DNA from: an uncultured Ignavibacteria bacterium
GTDB taxonomy: Bacteria; Bacteroidota; Ignavibacteria; Ignavibacteriales; Ignavibacteriaceae
Assembly: GCA_963745945.1 (NCBI GenBank)
Contig: CAVUZG010000004.1
Location: 1,526,711 to 1,590,710, forward strand
DNA: 64,000 nt
Direction: 5' to 3'
Both the position numbers and the translations under genes were made by a program. Shown here one piece after another: positions 10,905-19,869 of the stretch; position 1 is the first letter of the stretch, and every line of letters starts with the position of its first letter. The notes under the pieces are model-generated. The model was not told the DNA's origin. It saw only the letters and a list, made by a program, of their open reading frames with translations, and searched no databases.

Positions 10905-11115
10905 ACCCGCAACCGCCGCTTTCTGCGCCTGTGGCACCTTCAACCCCTTCCCTGTAATCAAGAAAATGTTCCCTTAACCCGGCGTTAATCGGGTTTTCAT
11001 CAATTATCATGATTGGATCTGAAAGACTTTCCTTCTCCCACGGCCTGACAGTAGCACAGCCATACAAAAGCAGAGAAGCCGCAAGAAAAATCAGAATTCG
11101 GATTTTGATTATCAC
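10897..11115 (-). CDS. DUF4266-like small lipoprotein
   Basis: 72-aa ORF with lipobox LLLYGC. CATVRPWEKESLSDPIM and a C-terminal ..GGCGCG tail are typical of DUF4266. Confidence 0.65.
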   Translation of the reverse strand: MIIKIRILIFLAASLLLYGCATVRPWEKESLSDPIMIIDENPINAGLREHFLDYREGVEGATGAESGGCGCG

Positions 11116-11117
11116 TT

Positions 11118-11621
11118 TTAATTCTCTTTCAATAATTGATTTAATTCTGTATTAAAATCAGTAACATAAGATTCTTTAAAACCATTATGCCAGAAACGGA
11201 TTTTCCCTTTTTTATCTATAAAAATTGTAGTCGGCATAGCTTGTATATCAAATAATGGAGGAATTTTCTGGGAGTCATCTGATATTATAGGAAAAGTAGC
11301 CCGCGGGAAAAGCTTATCTAAAAAGCGATCCATATTTCCTTTATTATCATCAATATTTATAGCAAGCAGTTGAAAGTCGGGATCTGTGTGCGATTTATAA
11401 AATTTTATAAGCGCGGGCATTTCCTCACGGCAGGGCGGACACCAGCTCGCCCAGAAATCTAACAGTATTACTTTACCCTGGTAATCAGATAATTTTATTT
11501 CTTTACCCTGGATAGTTTTTCCTTCAAAATCAGGAGCTGCAGAACCTTCTTTTTCCTGGCATATCCCCGCACCAATAAATACCGTTAACAGAAGAACAGA
11601 AATAAATTTTGTTATTCTCAT
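11118..11621 (-). CDS. TlpA-family thiol:disulfide oxidoreductase
   Basis: 167-aa ORF with a signal peptide. Thioredoxin-fold motif FWASWCPPC. It lies 2 nt upstream of the DUF4266 gene. Confidence 0.85.
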   Translation of the reverse strand: MRITKFISVLLLTVFIGAGICQEKEGSAAPDFEGKTIQGKEIKLSDYQGKVILLDFWASWCPPCREEMPALIKFYKSHTDPDFQLLAINIDDNKGNMDRFLDKLFPRATFPIISDDSQKIPPLFDIQAMPTTIFIDKKGKIRFWHNGFKESYVTDFNTELNQLLKEN

Positions 11622-12052
11622 AGGGACCGTTCTCTATAAATGTTTATGAGAAAGTGATTTAAGAATAGTTTAACATTAAACAATGCCAATTTCAGAATCA
11701 TGATATAAAAAACAGACTGCATTAAAAATGGGATTAAACACACTAATGGGCATAAGTTGATTTCCAGCATTTTGAAAATATTACCCTTTGCAGAATAAAA
11801 AAAGATCATTTTTTGATCTCATTTCAAACCCGTACTTTCGGGCCAACCGCAAAAATTAACTATTTATCACTTATAAGTGATCCTTCATCCCGTTTTTATA
11901 TTCTATTGATTATCGAAATACTATCTTAAGATAGTAACCTTAAAACTTAATTTAATCTGCAAATTAATTTTAACACCTATGAACATAATTAATGCTTGTT
12001 CTGGTGGAATTCTGTTACCTGAAAAATTCTTGCTAAAAAAAGGAATAGTAGT

Positions 12053-13831
12053 ATGAAAGTTTTGTCTATCATTTCCATCGTTCTGATTTTAACTTCGGTT
12101 TCCAAACCACAACAGTTTACTAAAGTGACAGAGGGTACCCCTGTGAATGATGGAGGGGACTCAAGATCAGTGAACTGGATTGATTATAACGGCGATGGTT
12201 ACCTGGATCTTTTTGTCAGCAACGGTCCTTCCGGCGGACAAAATAATTTTCTCTATAAAAATAACGGCGACGGAACATTTGAAAAAATTTCCGGTTTAGC
12301 TATCACCTCCGATGATCGTTCATCAGACGGCAGCAGCTGGGGAGACTTTGATAATGACGGCGATCCGGATCTGTTCGTTGCAAACTGGTACAACCAGAAT
12401 AATCTTTTTTACAGTAACAACGGTGACGGTACGTTCACATTGAATTCAGGATCTGTAATTGCAAGCGACGGCGGTTATTCCGAATCGGGTACCTGGGGAG
12501 ATTATAATAATGATGGGTTACTCGATCTTTACGTATGTAACAGCGAGGGGAACAAAAGAAACTTTCTCTATAAAAATAATGGTGACGGATCCTTTGAGAA
12601 GATCATTACAGGTCCGCAATCAACTGATGCTTTTTATTCCCGCAATGCTGACTGGATCGATTACAATAATGACGGCTTTGATGATCTGTTTGTTACTAAC
12701 GAAGCAAATCAGAATGAAAATTTATATGAAAATAATAATGGTGAATCATTTACTTCTCTGCAAATACCGTCTCTTTTAAACTTTAACGGAAAATCAACTA
12801 GCAGCAGCTGGGCTGATATAAATAATGATGGTTATTTTGACGTATTTGTTGCAAACTATGATAACCAGAATAATTTTCTGTTTATAAATAATGGTGACGG
12901 AACTTTTACCAAAGTTACAAATGATCCTGTGGTTACTGATAACGCGAATTCATTCGGAAGTTGTTTCGGGGATGTTGATAATGACGGTGATCTTGATCTG
13001 TTTGTTACAAATGCATTCACAGGATCGAAGACTATTAATTATTTCTATCTGAATAACGGTGACGGAACATTTACCAAAGATGAAGAATTCTCATCTGATT
13101 CAGGTTGGGCTTACGGATGTGCTTTCGGAGATTATAATAAAGACGGTTACCCCGATCTATTTGTTGCAAAATGTTTCGGAGCAGTTGAGAATAATGCTCT
13201 CTATAAAAATAATGGGGGAAGCAATAACTGGCTGATGCTCGATCTTGAAGGAATCAAATCAAACAGATCTGCAATCGGCGCCGTAGTAAAAATTAAGGCA
13301 GACATCCTCGGGAATTCTGTCTGGCAGATGAGAAGAGTAGCAGGGCAAACCGGGTATTGCGGACAAAATCTTCAGCTTCATTTTGGTTTAGGTGATGCAG
13401 TTTCTGTTGATTCAATGATTATTGACTGGCCATCAGGAATAAAGCAGATCTTAACTCATTTGAACACAAATACAGATATGAAAATTATTGAAGATACAAC
13501 ACTCATTACCTCGACAAAAACCGGCCAATTATTACCAAAGAAATTTATGTTATATCAAAATTATCCGAATCCTTTTAATCCTACTACAAGTATTTTGTAT
13601 ACAATTAACGATAATCAATTTGTCTCACTAAATGTATATGATGTTCTCGGAAATAAAATTTTTTCTTTAGTTAATGAAGAAAAACAGGCAGGAAGTTATT
13701 CTGTAAACTTTCCCGGGAACAGCATTGCTAACAGTGTTTCAGCCGGAAGTGATTATGCCTCAAGCGTATATTTTTATCAGTTAAAAGCCGGTAACTACAC
13801 AGAAACAAAAAAAATGGTATTTATGAAATAG
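12053..13831 (+). CDS. FG-GAP/VCBS-repeat protein with UnbV/ASPIC domain (CRTAC1-like) and T9SS CTD
   Basis: Repeated D.N.DG..DLFV.N motifs. UnbV-like block RSAIGAVVKIKA...GYCGQNLQLHFGLG. C-terminal NYPNPFNPTT..VYFYQL..KMVFMK. Confidence 0.8.
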   Translation: MKVLSIISIVLILTSVSKPQQFTKVTEGTPVNDGGDSRSVNWIDYNGDGYLDLFVSNGPSGGQNNFLYKNNGDGTFEKISGLAITSDDRSSDGSSWGDFDNDGDPDLFVANWYNQNNLFYSNNGDGTFTLNSGSVIASDGGYSESGTWGDYNNDGLLDLYVCNSEGNKRNFLYKNNGDGSFEKIITGPQSTDAFYSRNADWIDYNNDGFDDLFVTNEANQNENLYENNNGESFTSLQIPSLLNFNGKSTSSSWADINNDGYFDVFVANYDNQNNFLFINNGDGTFTKVTNDPVVTDNANSFGSCFGDVDNDGDLDLFVTNAFTGSKTINYFYLNNGDGTFTKDEEFSSDSGWAYGCAFGDYNKDGYPDLFVAKCFGAVENNALYKNNGGSNNWLMLDLEGIKSNRSAIGAVVKIKADILGNSVWQMRRVAGQTGYCGQNLQLHFGLGDAVSVDSMIIDWPSGIKQILTHLNTNTDMKIIEDTTLITSTKTGQLLPKKFMLYQNYPNPFNPTTSILYTINDNQFVSLNVYDVLGNKIFSLVNEEKQAGSYSVNFPGNSIANSVSAGSDYASSVYFYQLKAGNYTETKKMVFMK

Positions 13832-14047
13832 ATTTTTTTTGCGGGTATATATTAATTTGCATTCATTATATTATTGTTTTTTATACCAGTATTTAATAAT
13901 CTTTATTCTCTTTTCATCTCTCATCTTTATTAATAACCGTTCATCATTATTTGGATACTGTATTCTTGGCTAAACCTGATTATTCAATTAAATTGGAATC
14001 CCAAATACATAAATCATTATCACTCAAATTAAATAAGGAAGTTAATT

Positions 14048-15397
14048 GTGTTTAAACTTAATCCAGTATTAATATTGGGATTGATTTCACTTTTGCTCAC
14101 ATCTGTAAATGCGCAAAACGATAAAATCCTTCCCTACCCTATTTATCAGCATCAGCTGGCAAACGGATTGAACGTTGTTACAGTACCGTTTGATAGTCCC
14201 GGCTTAGCAGCCTTTTATATTGTAGTTCGTGTAGGTTCAAGAAATGAAGTTGAAGACGGCGTAACCGGCTTCGCTCATTTTTTTGAACATATGATGTTCA
14301 GGGGGACCGATAAATATCCCCGCGAGGAATATAACCGCGTGTTAAAAATGACCGGTGCGGGAGCTAATGCAAATACTTCTTTAGACCGCACTATTTATCA
14401 TATGACCGGAAATGCGGACTATCTTGAAAAGATGTTTGAACTTGAATCTGACAGGTTCATGAATCTTCATTATTCAGAGCACGATTTTAAAACCGAAGCA
14501 GGTGCGGTAAAAGGTGAGTATACAAAAAATTATGCGAGTCCCTACCAGCAATTGTATGAAAACCTGCTTAACACAGCTTTTGACGTTCACACATACAAAC
14601 ATACAACAATGGGATTCTTTAAAGATGTGGTCGATATGCCGAATCAGTATGAGTACTCGTTAACATTTTTCAAACGCTACTACAGACCTGAATATTGCAC
14701 CATTGTTGTAGTAGGCGATGTTACCCCCGAAAAAGTAAATGAACTTTCCGGAAAGTATTTCAGCAAATGGGAACGGGGAAATTATTCTGCTGAAATTCCG
14801 GCTGAACCGGAACAAAAAGCAGAAAGGAACTATCATCTGCAGAACGGATCAATTCCTCCTTATATGAGCATGAATTATAAGGGACCTGCATTCAGCGACA
14901 CTAAGATTGATATGCCCGCAATTGATGTAATGAACACTATTCTTTTTTCGCAAAATTCCAAACTTTTTAAGAAACTTGTTGTTGATGAGCAGAAACTCAG
15001 GTTCATCGGCGGCGGGGCTATGGATTCCCGCGATCCTTACCTGATAACCATACAGGCATCATTCATAAATAAGGATGATTTTCAATACGTGAAAGATGAA
15101 ATAAAAAAAGCTATAGAAGATGTTAAGAATAACGGCGTTGATCCGGAATTACTTGAGGAGACTAAATCGAATCTTAAATACAATTTTGCAATGAGTATCG
15201 ATAATCCTGATGCAATTGCAAATTCTGTGAGCCATTATATTTATCTTACCGGTGATCCCGAATCACTTAACAGATTATATGCTTTGTATGATAAGGTAAC
15301 TATCGACGATATAAAGATGGTTGCGGAAAAATATTATAAGGACAGCGGATTAACAATTGCTACAATATCAGCAGACGAGAAAGGAGGGGTAGAATAA
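14048..15397 (+). CDS. M16-family zinc peptidase (active subunit)
   Basis: 449-aa ORF with a GTG start and a signal peptide. Inverted zinc motif HFFEH followed by ..MMFRGT. Confidence 0.85.
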   Translation: MFKLNPVLILGLISLLLTSVNAQNDKILPYPIYQHQLANGLNVVTVPFDSPGLAAFYIVVRVGSRNEVEDGVTGFAHFFEHMMFRGTDKYPREEYNRVLKMTGAGANANTSLDRTIYHMTGNADYLEKMFELESDRFMNLHYSEHDFKTEAGAVKGEYTKNYASPYQQLYENLLNTAFDVHTYKHTTMGFFKDVVDMPNQYEYSLTFFKRYYRPEYCTIVVVGDVTPEKVNELSGKYFSKWERGNYSAEIPAEPEQKAERNYHLQNGSIPPYMSMNYKGPAFSDTKIDMPAIDVMNTILFSQNSKLFKKLVVDEQKLRFIGGGAMDSRDPYLITIQASFINKDDFQYVKDEIKKAIEDVKNNGVDPELLEETKSNLKYNFAMSIDNPDAIANSVSHYIYLTGDPESLNRLYALYDKVTIDDIKMVAEKYYKDSGLTIATISADEKGGVE

Positions 15398-16929
15398 TGA
15401 AAGCAATAATATTTTCATTGTTATTAACCGGATTTATTATGGCACAGCAGGTTGTGGAATTAAAACAGCCGAACTCGGCAAAACTGGTTGTAAAACTTAT
15501 GTTCAAAAATGGTTCGATGTGTGATCCGCAGGGCAAAGAAGGATTAACTTTCACAACTGCCCAGTTAATTACACAGGGCGGAACAGGTGATCTTTCTTTC
15601 AGCGATATCAAAGATAAAATTTACCCTATGGCTGCAAGATATTATTCTTCCGTTGATAAAGAAGTTACAATTTTCACTTTTGAATTTCATAAAGACTGGA
15701 TGGATAAGTTTTACCCTATAATGATAGGGCTGATCACCAACCCTTCTTTAACACAATCTGATTTTGACAGGGTGAAAACTAATCAGCAGGCTTATGTTGA
15801 CCAGGTAATCCGCGCTTCATCTGATGAAGAATACAGTAAAAAATCCCTGGAGGATTTTCTGTTCCGTGGAACCGATTACCAGCATATGATCGAAGGAAAA
15901 TCGGCATCAGTTGCTGCAATTACACTTGATGATGTTAAAGAACAATATAAAAAGTTCTTCACAAAGAATAACCTGGTGATAGGAATTGCCGGGAACTATT
16001 CCGAATCATTTCTAAATAAATTAAAATCCGATCTTGCAAAGTTACCCGATACAAATCCTGAAATTCCATCAGCTCCTGTTGTTAAAATGCCGGACGGAAT
16101 TGATGTTGAGATAATAGCAAAAAACGGTGCATTCGGTTCTGCAATTTTTGCGGGATATCCTTTATCAATAACAAGAGCCGATGATGATTTTGCCGCACTT
16201 ATGGTAGCAAACTCATATCTCGGTGAACACAGAAAATCATACGGGAAATTGTACCAGATGATCCGCGAACAGCGTTCAATGAATTACGGTGATTACTCGT
16301 ACATCGAATGGTACAATAACGGCGGCGGTAACATGGTTCCGCCTTCAGGAGTTCCGAGACACTCAAATTATTTTGCACTCTGGATAAGACCTGTACAAAT
16401 TGCCAAGCAATTAAAAATGCAGTATGAAGAGCTGAAAGATGTTAATATCGGGCATGCTCATTTTGCGCTTAGAATGGCTTTAAGGGAAATGGACAAGATG
16501 ATTACGAATGGAATTTCGCAGGAGGATTTTGAAGCAACCAGGGCTTTCCTTCAGAGCTACATAAAATTGTATATTCAATCACCTGATGAACAGCTTGGTT
16601 ATCTTATGGATTCCAGGATGTACGGCAGAGAAAATTATATTAAAGAACTCGGCAGCTCGCTTGGAAAGCTTACGCTTGATGATGTGAATAAAGCTATAAA
16701 AAAATATATGCAGATTGATAATATGAAAATAACCATTGTAACTGATGTAAGCGAGGCTGAGGCTCTTGCTGAAAGCCTGAGAAATAATTCCCCTTCCCCG
16801 ATGAGTTATTCCAATCTTGTTAAAGCAGGATTACCGGAAGATGTATTGAATGAAGATGCTGCGACAGAAAATTTTCAGCTAAATATTAAAAATGTAACCG
16901 TGGTTGATTCGAAAGATACTTTTAAGTAA
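15397..16929 (+). CDS. M16-family peptidase-like protein (no HxxEH motif, probable non-catalytic partner)
   Basis: 510-aa ORF whose ATG overlaps the upstream TAA by 1 nt. M16 C-terminal-domain-like sequence without the zinc motif. Confidence 0.7.
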   Translation: MKAIIFSLLLTGFIMAQQVVELKQPNSAKLVVKLMFKNGSMCDPQGKEGLTFTTAQLITQGGTGDLSFSDIKDKIYPMAARYYSSVDKEVTIFTFEFHKDWMDKFYPIMIGLITNPSLTQSDFDRVKTNQQAYVDQVIRASSDEEYSKKSLEDFLFRGTDYQHMIEGKSASVAAITLDDVKEQYKKFFTKNNLVIGIAGNYSESFLNKLKSDLAKLPDTNPEIPSAPVVKMPDGIDVEIIAKNGAFGSAIFAGYPLSITRADDDFAALMVANSYLGEHRKSYGKLYQMIREQRSMNYGDYSYIEWYNNGGGNMVPPSGVPRHSNYFALWIRPVQIAKQLKMQYEELKDVNIGHAHFALRMALREMDKMITNGISQEDFEATRAFLQSYIKLYIQSPDEQLGYLMDSRMYGRENYIKELGSSLGKLTLDDVNKAIKKYMQIDNMKITIVTDVSEAEALAESLRNNSPSPMSYSNLVKAGLPEDVLNEDAATENFQLNIKNVTVVDSKDTFK

Positions 16930-16949
16930 ACGGTATAACTTTAAGATAC

Positions 16950-16975
16950 AAAGCCGGGTTTAAGCCCGGCTTTTT
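16950..16975 (+). terminator. rho-independent terminator
   Basis: aaagccggg-tttaa-gcccggcttttt, a GC stem plus a T tract, 21 nt after the stop. Confidence 0.75.
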
Positions 16976-17097
16976 AATCCAATAGCTGTCCATAGGACCC
17001 CTTCGGGGAAGTTATTGGTTAATGAAATTGTACTTTTTATCATTAACCAACGGTTTTATCTGTTGGATTATTGGTAACCGAACACTCTCCTCTCTCT

Positions 17098-17166
17098 CAT
17101 TAACCAACGGACCTGCCTTTGCCGGCTCGCCTCGCTGAGCCGTGGCGAAGCGGGCAGGCAGGTTTA
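17098..17166 (+). repeat. GC-rich palindromic interspersed repeat, D-type, copy 1
   Basis: cattaaccaacggacctgcctttgccggctcgcctcgctgagccgtggcgaagcgggcaggcaggttta. It aligns almost base for base with 18766-18832. The cattaaccaacgg head also occurs at 17041, and inverted at 17013-17026. Confidence 0.85.
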
Positions 17167-17287
17167 GTCAGGTGAGAAAAACAATCCCTCCATAAAAATT
17201 AACCGTTTTAACGGTTTACAATTTTTCTATTGCTTACATAAAAGTCTTTTTATAATTTCTTATAAACAAAAATGATTCTTGATACTT

Positions 17288-18673
17288 ATGAAAAAATTAT
17301 GCCTTCCTTACTTTTTTATAATAATGCTTGCCGCAGGGAATAATCTTTTCGCGCAGAACATTTACTTCCCACCCAATACCGGGAATACATGGGAAACTGT
17401 TTCTCCTGAATCACTTGGCTGGTGCACTGAAAACATCGATACCCTGTATTCTTTTCTTGAACAGAAACACTCAAAGGCATTTATTGTCCTGAAAGACGGC
17501 AGAATTGTAATTGAACATTACTTCGGTTCATTTACACAGGACAGTATATGGTACTGGGCTTCTGCCGGAAAAACACTTACAGCTTTCCTTGTCGGCATAG
17601 CTCAGGAGGAAGGATACTTTTCCATACAGGATTCGACTGCAGAATATCTTGGTACCGGCTGGACATCCTGTCCGCCTGAAAAAGAACAGCTGATTACAAT
17701 CCGTAACCAGCTTACAATGACCAGCGGATTAAATGATGCTGTCAGCGATCCGTATTGTACTGATCCTGCATGTCTTGTTTACCTGGCTGATGCAGGAACA
17801 AGATGGGCTTACCATAATGCGCCTTATACTCTTCTTGATAAAGTTGTTGAAAACTCAACCGGGCAGAATTATAATGTGTATTTCAATAATAAAGTAAGAT
17901 CGCGTATTGGAATGAACGGATTGTGGCTGCCTTCGGGTTATAACAATGTTTATTTCAGCAGTGCAAGAAGTATGGCAAGGTACGGAATACTGATAGAGAA
18001 CCACGGAGTATGGGATGCTGATACACTGATGCGCGATACTTCATACTTTAATGCAATGGTAAATACATCGCAGGATCTGAATAAATCTTACGGCTACCTT
18101 TGGTGGCTTGCAGGAAAAGAATCTTATATGATTCCGCAGACGCAGATTGTTTTTCCCGGTACGTGGGCGCCGGATGCACCTTCAGATATGATTGCCGCAC
18201 TTGGCAAGAACGGGCAGATATTAAATGTTGTTCCGTCTCTCGGACTTGTGCTTGTGCGAATGGGCGATCCGCCTGATACTTCACTTTATATTTCAACTTA
18301 CTTTAATAACCAGATATGGCAATTGCTGAATAACATAATCTGCAATCAGACTGCAATAAAAACCGGTAGCACAACACCGGCTGATTTTACTCTTGCACAG
18401 AATTATCCGAATCCGTTCAATCCCGAAACAATTATAAAATATTCAGTCCCGAATGTCATTTCGATCCCGACTGGTCGGGAGAGAAATCTTTTTGTTACTC
18501 TAAAAATTTACGATATACTCGGAAGAGAAATAACCACACTGGTTAACGAAGAAAAACCTGCAGGAAGTTACGAAGTTAGTTTTAACGGCAGCAGACTTCC
18601 GAGCGGAGTTTACTTTGTACGAATGACTGCAGGTGAATTTAGTTCGGTAATTAAGATGAGTTTGGTGAAGTGA
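17288..18673 (+). CDS. serine hydrolase (beta-lactamase/class C fold) with T9SS CTD
   Basis: S-x-x-K motif in WASAGKTLTA and an overall AmpC/esterase-like sequence. C-terminal NYPNPFNPET...LVNEEKPAGSYEV..GVYFVRM..KMSLVK. The ATG at 17288 (MKKLCLP.. signal) is preferred over the TTG at 17279. Confidence 0.8.
   Translation: MKKLCLPYFFIIMLAAGNNLFAQNIYFPPNTGNTWETVSPESLGWCTENIDTLYSFLEQKHSKAFIVLKDGRIVIEHYFGSFTQDSIWYWASAGKTLTAFLVGIAQEEGYFSIQDSTAEYLGTGWTSCPPEKEQLITIRNQLTMTSGLNDAVSDPYCTDPACLVYLADAGTRWAYHNAPYTLLDKVVENSTGQNYNVYFNNKVRSRIGMNGLWLPSGYNNVYFSSARSMARYGILIENHGVWDADTLMRDTSYFNAMVNTSQDLNKSYGYLWWLAGKESYMIPQTQIVFPGTWAPDAPSDMIAALGKNGQILNVVPSLGLVLVRMGDPPDTSLYISTYFNNQIWQLLNNIICNQTAIKTGSTTPADFTLAQNYPNPFNPETIIKYSVPNVISIPTGRERNLFVTLKIYDILGREITTLVNEEKPAGSYEVSFNGSRLPSGVYFVRMTAGEFSSVIKMSLVK
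18454..18490. repeat. A-type hairpin repeat embedded in-frame inside the CDS
   Basis: tgtcatttcgatcccgactggtcgggagagaaatctt is the reverse complement of the intergenic unit aagatttctctcccgaYcagtcgggatcgaaatga (26671-26703, 22713-22740, 28813-28838). It is translated as NVISIPTGRERNL. Confidence 0.85.
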
Positions 18674-18709
18674 GAGAAGTTAAACTGTTAAAACAGTTAG
18701 GTTCTTCTC
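18674..18709 (+). terminator. nested hairpin immediately after the stop codon
   Basis: gagaag..aactgtt-aa-aacagtt..cttctc nested inverted repeats starting 1 nt after the TGA. Confidence 0.45.
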
Positions 18710-18765
18710 TTGCTTAGTTTATCTCACCGGGATGAATCCCGGTGTTAACCATTATTTTAAAGTCT

Positions 18766-18832
18766 CATTAACCAGCGGACGCCTTTGCCGGCTCCCCTCG
18801 CTGAGTTGTAGCGAAGCGGGCAGGCAGGTTTA
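18766..18832 (+). repeat. GC-rich palindromic interspersed repeat, D-type, copy 2
   Basis: cattaaccagcggacgcctttgccggctcccctcgctgagttgtagcgaagcgggcaggcaggttta. It has the same orientation as copy 1, a 2-nt deletion and a few substitutions. Confidence 0.85.
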
Positions 18833-18946
18833 TCTATTGGGTTATAAAATGGGGAACTTAATTATAATTAATGGCAAACAGGTGCAGGGGGATTTTTAAA
18901 AATAATTATTGAGTAAATGGGTTGAAGTGATTATGTTTGAACAATT

Positions 18947-19855
18947 ATGAAAATGTGGGTCGGCGTTACCGATAAAAAGTGGTTTGATTATCTCTCCAGT
19001 ATTTCACCAGATGAGGTAAACTTTTGGAAACCAAGCGGAAAGAATTTCGGCGCTATTGATATTGGTGCACCTTTCCTTTTTAAATTACATAGTCCAATTA
19101 ATAAAATTGTCGGTGGCGGTTACTTCATTCGTTCCGAACAATTACCACTGTCCTTAGCTTGGGATGCTTTTGGTAGTAAGAACGGCGCCCATAATTTTAT
19201 AACATTGAGGGATTCAATAAACTTTTATAGAAATTCAGGTGATGCTGATCCTACGATTGGTTGTATAATACTGAATGAACCATTCTTTTTTAAAGAAGAC
19301 CAATGGATTGATGTACCGGATTCATTTGCAAGAAATATTGTAACTGGAAAAATTTATGATACTAGTGAATACGATGGCAGAAAAATTTGGGATGCGGTTT
19401 CTGAAAGGTTAGACTTTCAAAATGTTAGTGGAATTGTTGCTGAACCATTAGCTGGTTATGGAAATGAATACTTGATTAAAAGCAGATTGGGACAGGGCGC
19501 TTTTAGAATTTTAGTGACAGATGCTTATAAAAGGAATTGTGCCATAAGTGGCGAAAAGGCGTTACCGGTTTTACAAGCTGCACACATAAAACCTTTTAGT
19601 GAACAAGGACCGAATAGTATTAACAATGGTTTATTACTCCGCTCTGATTTACATATACTTTTTGATAGAGGATATATAACAGTAACTCCTGAATATAAAA
19701 TTGAAGTGAGTAAAAAAATTAAAGAAGAGTTCAATAATGGTAAACATTATTATGCTTTTCAAGGAAAAGAATTAAAATCCTTACCACACTTAAATCAAGA
19801 TAAACCAAGTCTTGATTTTGTTCGGTGGCATAATGAAAATATTTATAAATATTAA
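18947..19855 (+). CDS. HNH nuclease fusion (HNH_2/COG3440-like predicted restriction endonuclease) with an uncharacterised N-terminal domain
   Basis: The C-terminal half has RLGQGAFR..CAISG..LQAAHIKPF..NGLLLRSDLHILFDRGYITV. The N-terminal ~170 aa (WVGVTDKKWFDYL..FWKPS..FLFKL..IVGGGYF) form a separate domain. Calling it PUA/EVE-like is based on pattern only. Confidence 0.75.
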   Translation: MKMWVGVTDKKWFDYLSSISPDEVNFWKPSGKNFGAIDIGAPFLFKLHSPINKIVGGGYFIRSEQLPLSLAWDAFGSKNGAHNFITLRDSINFYRNSGDADPTIGCIILNEPFFFKEDQWIDVPDSFARNIVTGKIYDTSEYDGRKIWDAVSERLDFQNVSGIVAEPLAGYGNEYLIKSRLGQGAFRILVTDAYKRNCAISGEKALPVLQAAHIKPFSEQGPNSINNGLLLRSDLHILFDRGYITVTPEYKIEVSKKIKEEFNNGKHYYAFQGKELKSLPHLNQDKPSLDFVRWHNENIYKY

Positions 19856-19869
19856 AGGGGAACTGATTA

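Noticed and set aside
19812-19869. Upstream extension of the TcmP-like ORF overlapping the preceding HNH gene by 44 nt
   Set aside because: The extension starts at a non-ATG codon and adds no conserved sequence. The ATG at 19870 has a good AAAGGGGA RBS and gives the family-typical N-terminus.
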